A DNA stretch of 63,847 nucleotides, filler included, from Octopus bimaculoides (GCF_001194135.2; 9 parts of 9 records of this genome joined end to end with filler, not necessarily neighbours in it), one strand, 5' to 3'. Shown: positions 9,322 through 22,909, numbered from the whole stretch's first letter. The notes: generated from the sequence alone by a model not told the origin. Numbers and translations are program-made.

Positions 9322-11060
9322 CATCGTTTAACGTCCGCTTTCCATGCTGGCATGGGTTGGACGATTTGACTGAGGACTGGTGAAACCAGATGGCTGCACC
9401 AGGCTCCAATCTGATCTGGCAGAGTTTCTACAGCTGGATGCCCTTCCTAACGCCAACCACTCCAAGAGTGTAATGGGCGCTTTTACGTGCCACTGACACG
9501 AGGGCCAGTCAGGCAGTACTGGCAACGGCCACGCTCAAATGGTGTTTTTTACGTGCCACCTGCACAGGAGCCAGTCCAGCGGCACTGGCAACGACCTCAC
9601 TCAAATATTTTTTCACGTGCCAGGTTGGCGACGCTGGTAATGATCACACTCGAATGGTGCTTTTTACATGCCACCAGTACGGAAGCCAGTCAGCTGCTCT
9701 GGCAACAATCACGTTTGGATGGTGCTCCTAGAGCTCCACTAGCACAGATGCCAGTCATCGAATTGATTTCAATTTCGATTTCACTTGCTTCAACAAGTCT
9801 TCGCAAGCAGAGTTTAGTGTCCAATGAAGGAAAGGTACGTATAATTGAGTTGGTTACACCCCTGGCATAGGTCATGGGTTATGGTTTCACTTGGCTTGCC
9901 GGGTGCCTCGGTGAGGCCTAATGTGCAAAGGTCATGCTTCACCACCTCATCCCAGGTCTTCCACTTCCACAGGTTCCCTCAACCGCTAGGATGTGACACT
10001 TTTTCACACAGCTATCCTGATCTATTCTCACCATATGACCATACCAGTGCATTCGTCTCTCTTGCACACCACAACTGATGCTTCTTAGGTTCAACTTTTC
10101 TCTCAAGGTACTTACACTCTGTCGAGTATGCACACTGACATTACACATCCAGTGGAGCATACTGGCTTCATTCCTTGTGAGCTTATGCATATCATCAGCA
10201 GTCACGGCCCATGTTTCATTGCCATGTAGCATGGCTGTTCGTACACATGCGTTATACAGTCTACCTTTTACTCTGAGCAAGAGGCCCTTTGTCACCAGCA
10301 GAGGTAAGAGATTTCTAAACTTTGCCCAGGCTATTCTTATTCTAGCAGTTACACTCTCAGAGCATCCACCCCCGCTACTGACTTGGTCACCTAGGTAACA
10401 GAAGCTGTCAACTACTTGTAGTTTTTCTCCCTGGAATGTGACACAAGTTGTTCTCTGCACATTTCCAGTGTTTATTGCTCCTGAGCATCTGCTACATACA
10501 AAAACTATCATGCCAGTTAGTCTTCCCTTGATATTGCTGCACTTCTTATGTGTCCATAGCTTACACTGTGGACATCTTATAGAGTTTCTACCTATGCCTT
10601 TTCTTTGGTTTTAGCTAGGTTGACTTCGATTCTAATCCTTGCTTCCACACCTGAAACTTCTCTTCTAGTTCTGATAGTGACTCAGCAAATAGAGCAAGGT
10701 CGTCGGCATAGAGGAGTTCCCAGGGGCATCCTGTCTTGAATTCCTCTGTTATTGCCTGGAGGACTATGATAAATAGGAGGGGGCTGAACACTGAACCATG
10801 GTGGACCCCTACCTCTACCCAGAATTCTTCACTTTACTTGTTGCCAACCCTCACCTTAGTGACAGCTTCCCTGTACATGGCTTGCACAGCTCTCACTAAC
10901 CATTCATCTATCCCTAGTTTCTTCATTGACCACCAGATAAGGGATCGGGGGACCTTGTCAAAGGCTTTCTCCATGTCAATGAAAGCCAGGTACAGAGGTT
11001 TATCCTTGGCTAGGTATTTCTCCTGCAGCTGTCTTACCAGAAATATAGCATATACATCTT
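9322..11060 (-). mobile_element. RTE-clade LINE, 5'-truncated (RT, C-terminus, 3' UTR)
   Basis: AIFLVRQLQEKYLAKDKPLYLAFIDMEKAFDKVPR; VHHGSVFSPLLFIIV; WELLYADDL; FCYLGD; AMLHGNETW; ERRMHWYGHMVR. Frameshifts and stops. The 3' end reads ...GGACGTTAAACGATGAG. Confidence 0.92.
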
Positions 11061-11061
11061 C

Positions 11062-11215
11062 TGAGTGGATTTGATAGACAAAGCTGAGAGAAGCCCGTTG
11101 TGTGTGTGTGTGTGTGTGTTTGTTCCCCACTATCACTTCACAACCAGTGTCAGTGTATTTACCACATTCCCATAACTTAGCAGCTCAGCATAAGATTCTG
11201 ATAGAATAAGTATCA
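11062..11215 (+). mobile_element. Dominant SINE, body and tail fragment
   Basis: GAGTGGATTTGATAGAC...GAAGCCCG, (TG)n, CATAACTTAGCAG...GATAGAATAAGTA; ends at a gap. Confidence 0.6.
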
Positions 11216-11259
11216 NNNNNNNNNNNNNNNNNNNNNNNNNNNNNNNNNNNNNNNNNNNN

Positions 11260-11271
11260 TTAATTAATTAA
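11260..11271. other. Assembly gap linker TTAATTAATTAA (also 19732, 24926, 37440, 47585, 59285, 61116, 62619)
   Basis: The same self-complementary 12-mer, with stops in all six frames, is centred in N runs eight times (44 N on each side where counted). Confidence 0.95.
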
Positions 11272-12543
11272 NNNNNNNNNNNNNNNNNNNNNNNNNNNNN
11301 NNNNNNNNNNNNNNNTGAAATATCGAGAAAGTCATCCCTCGCCCTACTCAGCACCACACATCATCTAGTTCATGCTCGCCCTTCTCCATACACCCCGGGG
11401 CTTTTTTCACCCATAGTTTGTAAACGTGGGATTACAGCCCCCTTCTATTCTGGCACCGTACCACCCAGTCCCTAAACTCATATAGCCTTTATCCTTAACA
11501 TGAATACCTCGCCAACCTATCACCTCTATCTCCTCAAGAGTAGCAAAATGTCCCACAGCCCCTCCGATTATTAAGTACTTCTCTGCAGACCCCTAATCCT
11601 TGTCTTAACCCAAGCCCTTTCCCCTCGCCCCATGTATTACTTACCCTAAATCATTCTTCACTCGTAAATTTAGGGCTTACTTTCTCTCCTCCCTTAACGT
11701 CGTCCTCTTACAAAACCCCGAACTTCCAACTGAACCTTTCTACTCCCCTACTGCGTTTCCTTTCCTCCCTCCCTCCCTCCCTCCCTCCCTCTTACTTTCT
11801 CTCTCTCTCAGATTTTTTACGACGAGGTCAAACACTATAATTATCCTCATTTCCGNNNNNNNNNNNNNNNNNNNNNNNNNNNNNNNNNNNNNNNNNNNNN
11901 NNNNNNNNNNNNNNNNNNNNNNNNNNNNNNNNNNNNNNNNNNNNNNNNNNNNNNNNNNNNNNNNNNNNNNNNNNNNNNNNNNNNNNNNNNNNNNNNNNNN
12001 NNNNNNNNNNNNNNNNNNNNNNNNNNNNNNNNNNNNNNNNNNNNNNNNNNNNNNNNNNNNNNNNNNNNNNNNNNNNNNNNNNNNNNNNNNNNNNNNNNNN
12101 NNNNNNNNNNNNNNNNNNNNNNNNNNNNNNNNNNNNNNNNNNNNNNNNNNNNNNNNNNNNNNNNNNNNNNNNNNNNNNNNNNNNNNNNNNNNNNNNNGAG
12201 GGAGAGAGAGAGAGCGAGGGAGAGAGAGAGCGAGGGAGAGAGAGAGGGCGAGGGAGAGAGAGAGGGCGAGGGAGAGAGAGAGGTGAAGAAGATGAAGAGA
12301 AAGGACAGGGTAGGTGAGAGAGAGCGTGAGAGAGTTTGTGTGTATAAAGTGAGTGTATAATTGTCTGTAAGAATTGGGAGCTAATAGAATGGTTGTTGTT
12401 GTTGTTGTAGCGGTGACTATATATAACTTGTCTTGTTATTGTGATTGCAAAGATGGTGGTAGAGTTGTTGGTGGTGGCGGCGGCTGCATGATGTGTTAGC
12501 GATGATGATGTTTGTTATGATAAGGATATGTATACGTGTGTAT

Positions 12544-12593
<50 letters not shown>

Positions 12594-12950
12594 TTTAAGG
12601 TTGCCGGTTTGGTTGTTGTGTTATGACACATTAAACAAAACACGAAAACCTTGCTCCTTGCTCCGAATAATGCCGTATTTACTTTCGAAGGAATTCAATG
12701 CAGATTTATAGATAGTCAGTCAGTCTCTCTTTTCTCTCTTCTCTCTCTCCTTCTCTTTCCCTATCTCTAACCTCCCTCCCTCTCTTTCCCCTCTCTCTCT
12801 TTTACTGTCAATTTCTTTCACTGTCGCTGTTTGTATCTCTCTCTCTCTCTCACTCTCTCAATGTCTGCCTGTCTGTCACTCTATCTCACTGTATGTCTGT
12901 CGGTCTTTCTCTTTCTCTTACTACCTCTCTCATTATCTCAGTCTGTTTCC

Positions 12951-12983
<33 letters not shown>

Positions 12984-13234
12984 TGTATTTCTCACTATCA
13001 TACTGTTTCTCTATCAATCTTCGTGTTTCGTGTCTGTCCGTTGGTCTCCCTTTCTTTCTCACCATCTCTCTCACTTTGTCTGTCTTTGTCGCTCTCTTTC
13101 TCTCTCACTGTTTGTCAGTCTATCTGTCTCTCTCACTGTCTGCCTGTCTCTCACTCTCTCTGTCTCACTGCGTCTGTTTGTTGGTCTTTCTCTCTCTTTC
13201 TCTCCNNNNNNNNNNNNNNNNNNNNNNNNNNNNN

Positions 13235-13284
<50 letters not shown>

Positions 13285-14544
13285 GATGCCACCAGTTTTG
13301 ATGAGATTCTAGTAAATTAGAGAATCTGAACTCTCAGAACTCAAAGACCGGAATGAATACTACAAGGCACCTCGCCAGGATCTAGTTCAAAACGGGGGCA
13401 CCAGTTTTCATTTATGTCTTATGTAGTGTTTTTGGCACCGAAAAACTTTCAAACTTCGTATACTTATCTATTTTGTGTTATAGAACATTAAAAAATGTTT
13501 GTATTCGAAGTTATTTCATGTAAAAAATTTTCTTATTTCGATAATTTCAACCAATCACTGACAAGTATTCAGCTGTTTACAGTTACTCCTTTGGCAGTTT
13601 AAGCGGTTCCGTTGGCAGTTTAAGCGGTGCAAAGCGTATTTAATCTCCATTACTTCTGACATTTTGCAGAGAGGCAACACACGTGTGTTCGTTTTCCNNN
13701 NNNNNNNNNNNNNNNNNNNNNNNNNNNNNNNNNNNNNNNNNNNNNNNNNNNNNNNNNNNNNNNNNNNNNNNNNNNNNNNNNNNNNNNNNNNNNNNNNNNN
13801 NNNNNNNNNNNNNNNNNNNNNNNNNNNNNNNNNNNNNNNNNNNNNNNNNNNNNNNNNNNNNNNNNNNNNNNNNNNNNNNNNNNNNNNNNNNNNNNNNNNN
13901 NNNNNNNNNNNNNNNNNNNNNNNNNNNNNNNNNNNNNNNNNNNNNNNNNNNNNNNNNNNNNNNNNNNNNNNNNNNNNNNNNNNNNNNNNNNNNNNNNNNN
14001 NNNNNNNNNNNNNNNNNNNNNNNNNNNNNNNNNNNNNNNNNNNNNNNNNNNNNNNNNNNNNNNNNNNNNNNNNNNNNNNNNNNNNNNNNNNNNNNNNNNN
14101 NNNNNNNNNNNNNNNNNNNNNNNNNNNNNNNNNNNNNNNNNNNNNNNNNNNNNNNNNNNNNNNNNNNNNNNNNNNNNNNNNNNNNNNNNNNNNNNNNNNN
14201 NNNNNNNNNNNNNNNNNNNNNNNNNNNNNNNNNNNNNNNNNNNNNNNNNNNNNNNNNNNNNNNNNNNNNNNNNNNNNNNNNNNNNNNNNNNNNNNNNNNN
14301 NNNNNNNNNNNNNNNNNNNNNNNNNNNNNNNNNNNNNNNNNNNNNNNNNNNNNNNNNNNNNNNNNNNNNNNNNNNNNNNAAAGGCAGAGTTGTCCTGAAC
14401 GGTATTTGAACTCAGAGAGCAGAGGATTGAGACAAACGCATTAGACATTTGATCCAGTGCGCCATCGACTCCACCGCATAAACAATACCAATGATTATAA
14501 TTTTTCTAATATTTATGACCAAGAATTTTGAAAGAAGATACAGG

Positions 14545-14695
14545 TCGATTAAATCGTACTTGATTCGTATTTTATCGACGCCGAAAATAAAATGAAAGGC
14601 AAAGTCGACTTCGGTGGAATTTGATCTCAGAACTTGAAAGAGCCGGAAGAAGAGCCTGCTAAGTATTTTGTGCGAAGCGCTAACGATTCTGATTT
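14545..14695 (-). mobile_element. Second tRNA-derived SINE family, fragment
   Basis: TTTATCGAC...ATGAAAGGCAAAGTCGACTTCGGTGGAATTTGA matches the TSD-flanked copy at 45530-45730. Another copy lies at about 25845-26030. Confidence 0.6.
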
Positions 14696-15906
14696 GACAG
14701 AATGGTAACAAATGAGAACAACTTTACCAAAGGTTACAAGTTGAGAAGGCGAGTACATAAAATAAGGTATGGAAAAAAATTGGTGTCAATGGGGAGAAAT
14801 GAGATCATATGTAAAAAAAAAAACAATGTAGGTCATAATACTGAATTAGGGAACAGTCTATCTTGTCCATTTTAGTCATGTGCTCTACTTTTGTTTTTAT
14901 ATAAGTTTGGGTACTAACGGTAAAGTAAGACAATTGTGTTGACGAATTCTTGAGTCTTCTGATTATCTCCCCTTCTCACGTGGAGCTGGTCTTTATTGCC
15001 ATTTGGTAATTATGATACAACCTCGAGAAGCGGAGAACATTTTAATAAATCACAAGTTTATGTTGTATGGTATTTGATATACCTGTATACCTTGTTTAGA
15101 AACAGTTTTGTGAAAATGAAAAATATTTACCGCTAGTATATGCATGTATGCATGTATTATGCGTGTGTTTGTGTTATATTTGCGTGTGAGTGTGTGCATT
15201 GTGTATGTGTATGCGTGCGATGTGTATGTATGCATGTGTGTGTGTGCGCGCGCACGTGTGGGAGTGTCCCCAGGTGAGTTTTTTTTCGAGAAGATTTATG
15301 ATCGTAGACTTTTCCCTCATCGTTATAAAAAAAAAAAGTCGCGTGTGTGTGCGAGTTTGTAGGGTGTCGCTTGGGGTAGATTTGGTTTCTTTTTCCTATT
15401 TTTTTCTTTTCGCGAACTGAGACACAGCATAGAGGCTCGTTAGATATGCCCGGTTCTTTTGGCTTGGTTCGTTTTTTGTCACATGTTCATATGTGGATGT
15501 CAGGAATAATCCCCTGTTCATTTGTAACAGTCACGATTCAAAGCCATTCATTAAGACATATGTAGACGTATGTATATATGTCGCAGAAAAGAAGTGTATG
15601 TAGTATGTTTATACTTATAGTGGAAGGGTGTGTAAAGCATAAAAAAGGGGGTGGAAACACGCATAAGAATCCCAACGAGATCAATAAGGGTTGTAATGTA
15701 AAAGAAAATGGCGGCAAAGTATTTCAGAAGCACAAAATGATTAAATACAATTCAGTTTGTTTTCTCGATAGGTGCATGGTTGCTTTTGTGTACAGGGGTA
15801 CATAGACAGCTGTTGGCGTCTATAACCACACACAGAGGATAGATAGACACACACACACACATGATAGATAGACACACACACACACACACACACACACGAT
15901 AGATAG

Positions 15907-15961
<55 letters not shown>

Positions 15962-16326
15962 AGATATATATATGTATATATATGTGTGTGTGTGTGTGTA
16001 TATATATGTATATATATAGTGGTGTCATTTAATTCAAGAACGCTAGTATACTAATGTTAAAATGGTTACTTTTTGTACATTCAAGTTGCAAATTGAAAAT
16101 TAAGATGTATGTCAAAATAAAGAAAATTTCACGAGCTTTAACATGGTATACAACTTTACAGCATAACAGCAGTATATTAATTTTAAATTAAAAAATAAAC
16201 TTTATTTTGCGTAATTTACGTTGCCACTTAATTTAAGAACGATTTGCAAAATTTCATTTTTTTTGCCTTAAGAAGTTTATTTTGAGGTCAATAAAAAAAA
16301 CAAAAACAATAATAAGCTGACACAAT

Positions 16327-17259
16327 CAGTATATGGTTGGGTATCCAAAATTACTTAATACAGCTTTGCATCTGTGAAACATAATTGTTCAGATCCTTTA
16401 TCATTGTTCCTGAGATTTTTTCCCAATTTTGGCTGATAATGTTTAAAAGAAATCATCCTTATTCTTTGGCTTTCTACTTTGCACAGCTCCACTCAACCTT
16501 TCCCAAAGGTCTTCGATGGGATTTAGGTCGGGCGACTGCGTTGGCCATTGCATCAACCAAACTCTCTTATAGGCCTAATGTAATCTCTGACTAGGTGCGA
16601 GGTGTGTTTCGGGTCGTTGTCATGCTGGAAAGTCCAAGATTGGCTCAAATGCTTTCGGGAGTATGAAAGCATAGTCTTATGCAATATTTCTAGATAGGAC
16701 TTACTATCCATAACGCCCTTGATTAAGATTATAGGACTGAGACCTTTTCCAGGCATGCACTCCCACACCATCACACTTCCACCACTGTGCTTAATTGCAA
16801 GTCGGATGCATTCTGGATGGTTTTCTTCGTCTATACGCTTTCCTACATAATTCTTGTCATCACTGCCGAACATGTTGAACTTTGACTCGTCCGACCACAA
16901 CACATTCGACCAATCTACTGGACTCCAATTCAAATGCTCTTTTGCGAATTGTATTCGGGTACAAGGATTTTTTTTTTTTAAGGTATGGCTTTTTGCGAGA
17001 GACTCTTCGTAGAAGTCCAAATTCTTTGAAACGGCTTTTTATGATGGACACCCCAATGATAAGTCCATATTTTTGCCGAATTTCTTTTAAAATGTCAACA
17101 ACAGTCATTTTTCATTTTTTTAAGGGACACTCTATCAATGTGTCTATCCATTCTTACCATTGGTTTTCTTGGTTGCCCAGGTTTATAGCGATCTTTATAA
17201 TCATTAGTTTCTTTATAAAGATGGACAGCATTGCAGACGACTGTTTTAGAGCATCCAAC
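16327..17259 (-). mobile_element. Tc1-like transposase pseudogene (DDE)
   Basis: HTH region GCSKTVV...PGQPRK; VLWSDESKFNMFGSD; IKHSGGSVMVW; FQHDNDPKHTS; after a frameshift WPTQSPDLNPIEDLW; ends GYPTIY*. The 5' end runs into a gap. Confidence 0.92.
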
Positions 17260-17639
17260 NNNNNNNNNNNNNNNNNNNNNNNNNNNNNNNNNNNNNNNNN
17301 NNNNNNNNNNNNNNNNNNNNNNNNNNNNNNNNNNNNNNNNNNNNNNNNNNNNNNNNNNNAAATGAATGAACAAATATATAAGAAAGAAATAAAGGTATAA
17401 ACTATAAAGACTAGAATATAAAGACTGAAGATATAAACATAGACATAAAGATATAGCCATAATGCTGTATAGACTTATTATAAGGACTAAGATATAAAGA
17501 CATTATGGAAAATAAAAAGGCCAAACATAGAAAGACTTAATGAGAAAGGTATATTGACTAAAGCTACTGATATAAAGATGTCGAATAAGATATCAACATA
17601 TAAGAAATAGAAAGACGGAAATAAACAAACAAACGAAAC

Positions 17640-17725
17640 GACAAAACCAAAGACACAAGATAAAGTTCTGCAATAACGGATTTCGTAAGTGGTAGACAGT
17701 ACAGTTTGTCTTGTTTTCTCTTCCG
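17640..17725. repeat. Left arm of an 86-bp inverted repeat (partner 19329-19414)
   Basis: Reverse complement of 19329-19414 with 1 mismatch. Confidence 0.9.
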
Positions 17726-17777
17726 CCAGTCCACTCTTTTATGTGATGTTAAAGAAACAATCTGTTATATTCTAAAG

Positions 17778-18144
17778 CAGTGTTTCTCAACCATTCTTTG
17801 CCTATGAACCCTTTGGATTCCTCTTTTACTCGTATGGACCGTCCTAGCCATTCGATGGCGGAGAACAATAACAAAAGATCTGAAAAGCAGAAGGGTTAAC
17901 AATGGAACAAGCTGTCAAGGATGCTTTCAGTGTTAGAAGGTGCAATGATCTTGCTGTCGCCTCAAGTGCCACAAGGCACAATGAGAACCGAATGAATGAA
18001 TGAATGAATGAATGAATGAATACAAAGCACTGTTTGAAATATTTTGTGTATAGAAGTATAACCAATTTTATTGCACATCATTTTTAACAACAATATCTCA
18101 TATGTACCCCGAACGGTTATATGTACCCCGATTGAGAACCATTG
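17778..18144. mobile_element. hAT/Charlie-type MITE interrupted by a LINE 3'-end fragment with (GAAT)n tail
   Basis: TIRs CAGTGTTTCTCAACC (17778-17792) and GATTGAGAACCATTG (18130-18144). The internal sequence is shared with 36814-37070 except for an insert at about 17870-18020 ending in (GAAT)n. Confidence 0.65.
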
Positions 18145-18751
18145 GTCTAAGATATTAAGGGAGAAGGAATCAGATGACTGCAACATTTTAATTCTTTTAA
18201 TTATTGTTTTCATTATCATGACACCATTTATTTCACAATAATGGATCTTCGCAACCACGATCGCACGGGTTCAACCCCACTGTATGGCACAGTAAGGCAA
18301 GTGTCATTTCCTATAGCCTCAAATTTATTCATAGCTTGTGAAATCGGGTCAGAATTAAACGGAAAGTGTATAGAAAACCCATTCGGTGGAATGTACCAGT
18401 CGTTCAAAAAGTGCATCCTTATCATTCACTGTCGATCGCTGATTTTGTCCAAGAATTACGTGTCTGTGGATTACTCAACCGCTTGTACATTAATTCAGGG
18501 GCAGGTAATTCATTTCATCGAACAACTAAATCCAAATCAATTCCCTTATCCCCTCTCTCTCTCTCTCTCTCTCTCTCTTCTGTCTCTCATACAGACACAT
18601 ACACGATAAACTATGGAATACGCCTCACCTAATGTTTGCCCCATTTTCTTCTCTCTCGGTCCTATCTGCTGCTCTCTCACGCGGTTCTACTTATATGAAA
18701 CACACCCTTCACCTTCTACTTCTGTGTCTCTCCCTCTCTCTCCCCCCTCTC

Positions 18752-18790
<39 letters not shown>

Positions 18791-19057
18791 NNNNNNNNNN
18801 NNNNNNNNNNNNNNNNNNNNNNNNNNNNNNNNNNNNNNNNNNNNNNNNNNNNNNNNNNNNNNNNNNNNNNNNNNNNNNNNNNNNNNNNNNNNNNNNNNNN
18901 NNNNNNNNNNNNNNNNNNNNNNNNNNNNNNNNNNNNNNNNNNNNNNNNNNNNNNNNNNNNNNNNNNNNNNNNNNNNNNNNNNNNNNNNNNNNNNNNNNNN
19001 NNNNNNNNNNNNNNNNNNNNNNNNNNNNNNNNNNNNNNNNNNNNNNNNNNNNNNNNN

Positions 19058-19119
<62 letters not shown>

Positions 19120-19328
19120 TTGACAATATGTGTTGATAGACACATCTGTTGGTTGTCCCAGCGTATTTTTCATATAACTCTAAATGTTCTCAATTCAACC
19201 ACCAGCGTAACCTTGAATATTCCTCCTAATATTCCGTTTATTTTAGCGATCACGGCCAAGGTCATACTGGAGCACACCCTTTGAAATCTAGAAGATATGT
19301 GTGTGTGGGTGTCTGTGTACATATATAT

Positions 19329-19414
19329 CGGAAGAGAAAACAAGACAAACTGTACTGTCTACCACTTACGAAATCCGTTATTGCAGGACTTTATCTTGTG
19401 TCTTTGGTTTTGTC
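19329..19414. repeat. Right arm of the 86-bp inverted repeat (partner 17640-17725)
   Basis: Direct sequence comparison, 85/86 identical. Confidence 0.9.
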
Positions 19415-19494
19415 ATCAGACTGTAACTATGCTGGGGCACCACCTTCATCACAAATAGTGAGGGGGGAAGGCAATCAGACACAAACACACGCAG

Positions 19495-19546
<52 letters not shown>

Positions 19547-19787
19547 TTGCTTCCCTGTACTAACGCCGCCGGTGCTATAAATATACGACGGATCCCTCAA
19601 TCATAAAATCACGTGGAGATGCCCTTGATTAAAACCGGAATAATGAGCTTAAATAGCACCCATCCTACATCCCCTTACAGGAAGACCNNNNNNNNNNNNN
19701 NNNNNNNNNNNNNNNNNNNNNNNNNNNNNNNTTAATTAATTAANNNNNNNNNNNNNNNNNNNNNNNNNNNNNNNNNNNNNNNNNNNN

Positions 19788-19838
<51 letters not shown>

Positions 19839-21242
19839 TTATGCATTTATGTATGTGTGTGTCTACGTGTGGTTATTTCTGTGGGGTTGGCAGCGGCAGT
19901 GCGTTGGTGTTACATCTAGCCCGGTTTCAGCAATGAGACCTATCAATCAGAAATGTCTTCAATATCTTGCACAGAACTGTAGAAGTGGAATAGTCTCAAA
20001 CAATTTGATTTTTATCATAGACCCTACACTAAAATCCTTTTGAATAATTTTGAAATACCTTCGCAAAGATAAAACACTGTCTCTAGCGAGTAGACACGAT
20101 GTTTTATCAGTCTTACATTAGAATATTAGAGAACATTAACTTGTAATGCGGAAAATAAATTTAATATAATTTCTTTCTAAGAGTGGCACAGCGAATCTAC
20201 TACCAGCTTACTCTAATGCCATCTTCTCCTCCTCGTACGTGACTTATCTCTTAAATTTAACACTGAAATACCTTGTTCGGTTTCGTCTCTGCCGCGTACA
20301 GGACCACTTAGAGTGCACCCTCAACTTTGTTCTTACTAGCTACTATATAGATCTTTCCGCAGAAAAGTGCATTTTTTGCTGGTGGCAAAAGGTAACAATA
20401 TAAATGGAATATTAAAGGCATCAAGCCCATTAGTTTAGGAGGGTCTCCATGTGTGATAAACGGTGTTCTCTTTCACAAGCTCAGAAAGTATTTTTTAAAC
20501 TTCCGTGAAATAGATATAGCCATCTTTATCCTAATATAACAAAGAGTTCAATGGAGTTCGGTGTGATTCAATACAACAGCAACGGACACACGGTCAAACT
20601 TCTTCACATTATACCATCTTACTCACGTGACCGAAACTTCTAATGCGGTACAAGATATATTGAATATGCAAAAAACATATCAAAGGAATAACAAATGAAA
20701 CAATGTAGAATAACGAGAATATATTTCAAGCGTACTATATTCTGTATCTATTGAACATCAATTACACACAATTATAATGTTGAAATTATTAAGACGATTC
20801 TATACAGTGTACAGCTATAAATTAATGTGTCGCTGGGAGGCTCTAAATTTATCGTGTTTCAGCCAAATCTAATTTTTTTCGAATATTATACATTAAAATT
20901 TTGTTTAAGATTTCAACACTTTATGCACTACCAGACACGCGGTCGGCGACGTGTTTTTAATTATTCATTTATTAATTTGCTTTCCCACCAAAATAATAAT
21001 CATGTGTGCACAAAGTTTGAATTTTTAACAAACTTTGACGCCAACTTTTAAAAGTTATACCTAAATATCGTTCATTATATATTACATTACATACCGATAT
21101 CTATACCTGCTACCTATGCCTACATGCATATATATATGTATATATATATATGTGTGTGTGCGTGTGTGGAGGGGAGTATGTACGTGTGTCTATGTGTGTG
21201 TATGTATACACTTATATATAAATTTATGTGTTTGTGCACGTA

Positions 21243-22480
21243 TTGAGTCATCTCATAAACAATGCGGTTTTTATGACTCTTTTATTTTATTTTATTTAAT
21301 TAAGATGAACAAAGCTCTTTCTTCATCCAAAAAATACCCTCTTTTATTTTCTACAAAGCTCTTCCAACTATCTGGTAGATTTGCAAGGCCCCTCTTCCAA
21401 AATTCACTTGTCTGTGACGAAAAATACTCCTCCAGTACTGTCATGACCACATCTACAGAAATCGTATTTCTTCCGTCCAAATGATTTTGAAGACTACGGA
21501 ATACATGATAATCAGATGGGGCACTGTCCGGTAAATATGGTGGGTGTGGCAACGTTTCCTATTCAAACTGCTCCAGCCTTTGGAATGTTATCCTCGCTGT
21601 ATGTGGCTGAGCATTACCCTTATGGAAGAATGCCCTTCGTTTTGAAAGAATTGATGGCCGTTTTGTTCAGCGCTGGCTTGAGCCGCTCAAGTTGCTCGCA
21701 GTAGATCTCATTTGTTATCGTTTGGTTTGAGTTTAAAAGTTCAAAGTGGACAACATTTTTCATATCCCACCAAACAGATAACAACACTTTACGTGAGTGA
21801 AGACCCTCTTTAACCAGGGGTGCCGATGTTTCTCCTTTTCCTATCCACTGTCTTCGGCGCTGGGCATTTTTGTAGAGAACATATTTCTCGTCACCAATTA
21901 CTATTCAGCCCCCAAAATGTTGATTCATGAGACATGACAGCAAAGAAGTGCACACATTCACTCTCTGCGTGTGATTAGACTCGGAAAGTTTGTGAGGAAC
22001 ACATTGACTCGATTTTCTGAATGTTTCGATAACACGCAAGTGACGATGAAACGTTGAATGACCAAATCCAAGCTTTTTCCTGGTTCCCCTACAGTTACGA
22101 TGGGTTTGCAGGACGTCCTCGTCGAGCTCTAAAAATTTTTCGGGACGAGCCTCGTCTACTATGCTGTAGTTTCCGGCTCGGAATTCTGGAGCTACCGCTG
22201 ACACTGACTTACGCTTAATGTCTGATTCCTATATATTGCATTAATATTTCTCGCACTTTCCTTTGCGTTGTTGCCTTTATTGAACTCATAAAGCGAAATA
22301 TACTGAATATTTGTCACTTCCATTAGAGCTTTAAAAAAATTACTTAAGACTTGTGCTGAGAATAAGCGCAAAGTAATATTACTACCTGCTTTTATAGCAA
22401 ATTGATGGAGGTAGTTTATCTCGTTCCCCTCCGGTGTTCATGCAACTGAAAAACACCGCATTATTTATGGGATGAATCAA
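21243..22480 (-). mobile_element. Full-length degenerate mariner (DD34D) transposon
   Basis: About 30-bp TIRs (TTGAGTCATCTCATAAACAATGCGG; the right-end reverse complement is TTGATTCATCCCATAAATAATGCGG). TA TSDs at 21241-21242 and 22481-22482. Length 1238 bp. Motifs CVPHKLSE, HPPYLPDSAPSDYHVFRSLQNHL and YFSSQTSEFWKRG. Confidence 0.93.
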
Positions 22481-22909
22481 TATGTACTCTAAATACACAC
22501 ATGTGCGCACGCATACACACAAACACATACACACAAACACATACACACACATATACATGTATTTACATATTGTGTGGTAACATTTCCAGCAGATAGTGCA
22601 CCACGCAATTAGTTAAGAGAATAAAGATATTATTATCACAAAGACAATAAAAATCCATGTGATACATAAGTACCCGAAATTTTAAAATATTTGCCGGTCT
22701 ATCAAGCTGGCAAGAACAAGGTGGTTTAGTAACTGAGTTCGATGCATTCGACGTTTGAATAAACAGGTGTATTGAGAAAGAGATAACAAGTAACACAAGT
22801 AAGATAATTAACTTCACAGTAAATATACACAGTTCCTTACGAATATCGGAATCACATAAACTAACTCTAGAAGTGTTTATTATGTGTCCAGTGGCCTATC
22901 CCTAATTTC

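Noticed and set aside
9366-9392. CTGAGGA followed by a hairpin containing GAAA
   Set aside because: GAAA lies in the hairpin loop, not after stem II. The topology is not a hammerhead, and the site is part of the RTE 3' UTR.
11316-11855. Strongly strand-skewed, unique-looking sequence (also about 3720-4500, 17361-17640, 32330-33120)
   Set aside because: It adjoins gaps or degenerate microsatellites, has no motif or ORF, and looks like low-quality read or decayed simple-repeat sequence.
13390-13697. Probable DNA-transposon remnant with a 17-bp tandem duplication
   Set aside because: It is truncated by a gap, with no second terminus or coding motif to classify it.
15271-15279. Perfect splice donor CAG|GTGAGT
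   Set aside because: The upstream sequence is degenerate (TG)n with no acceptor or coding signal. A lone 9-mer is expected by chance in 64 kb.
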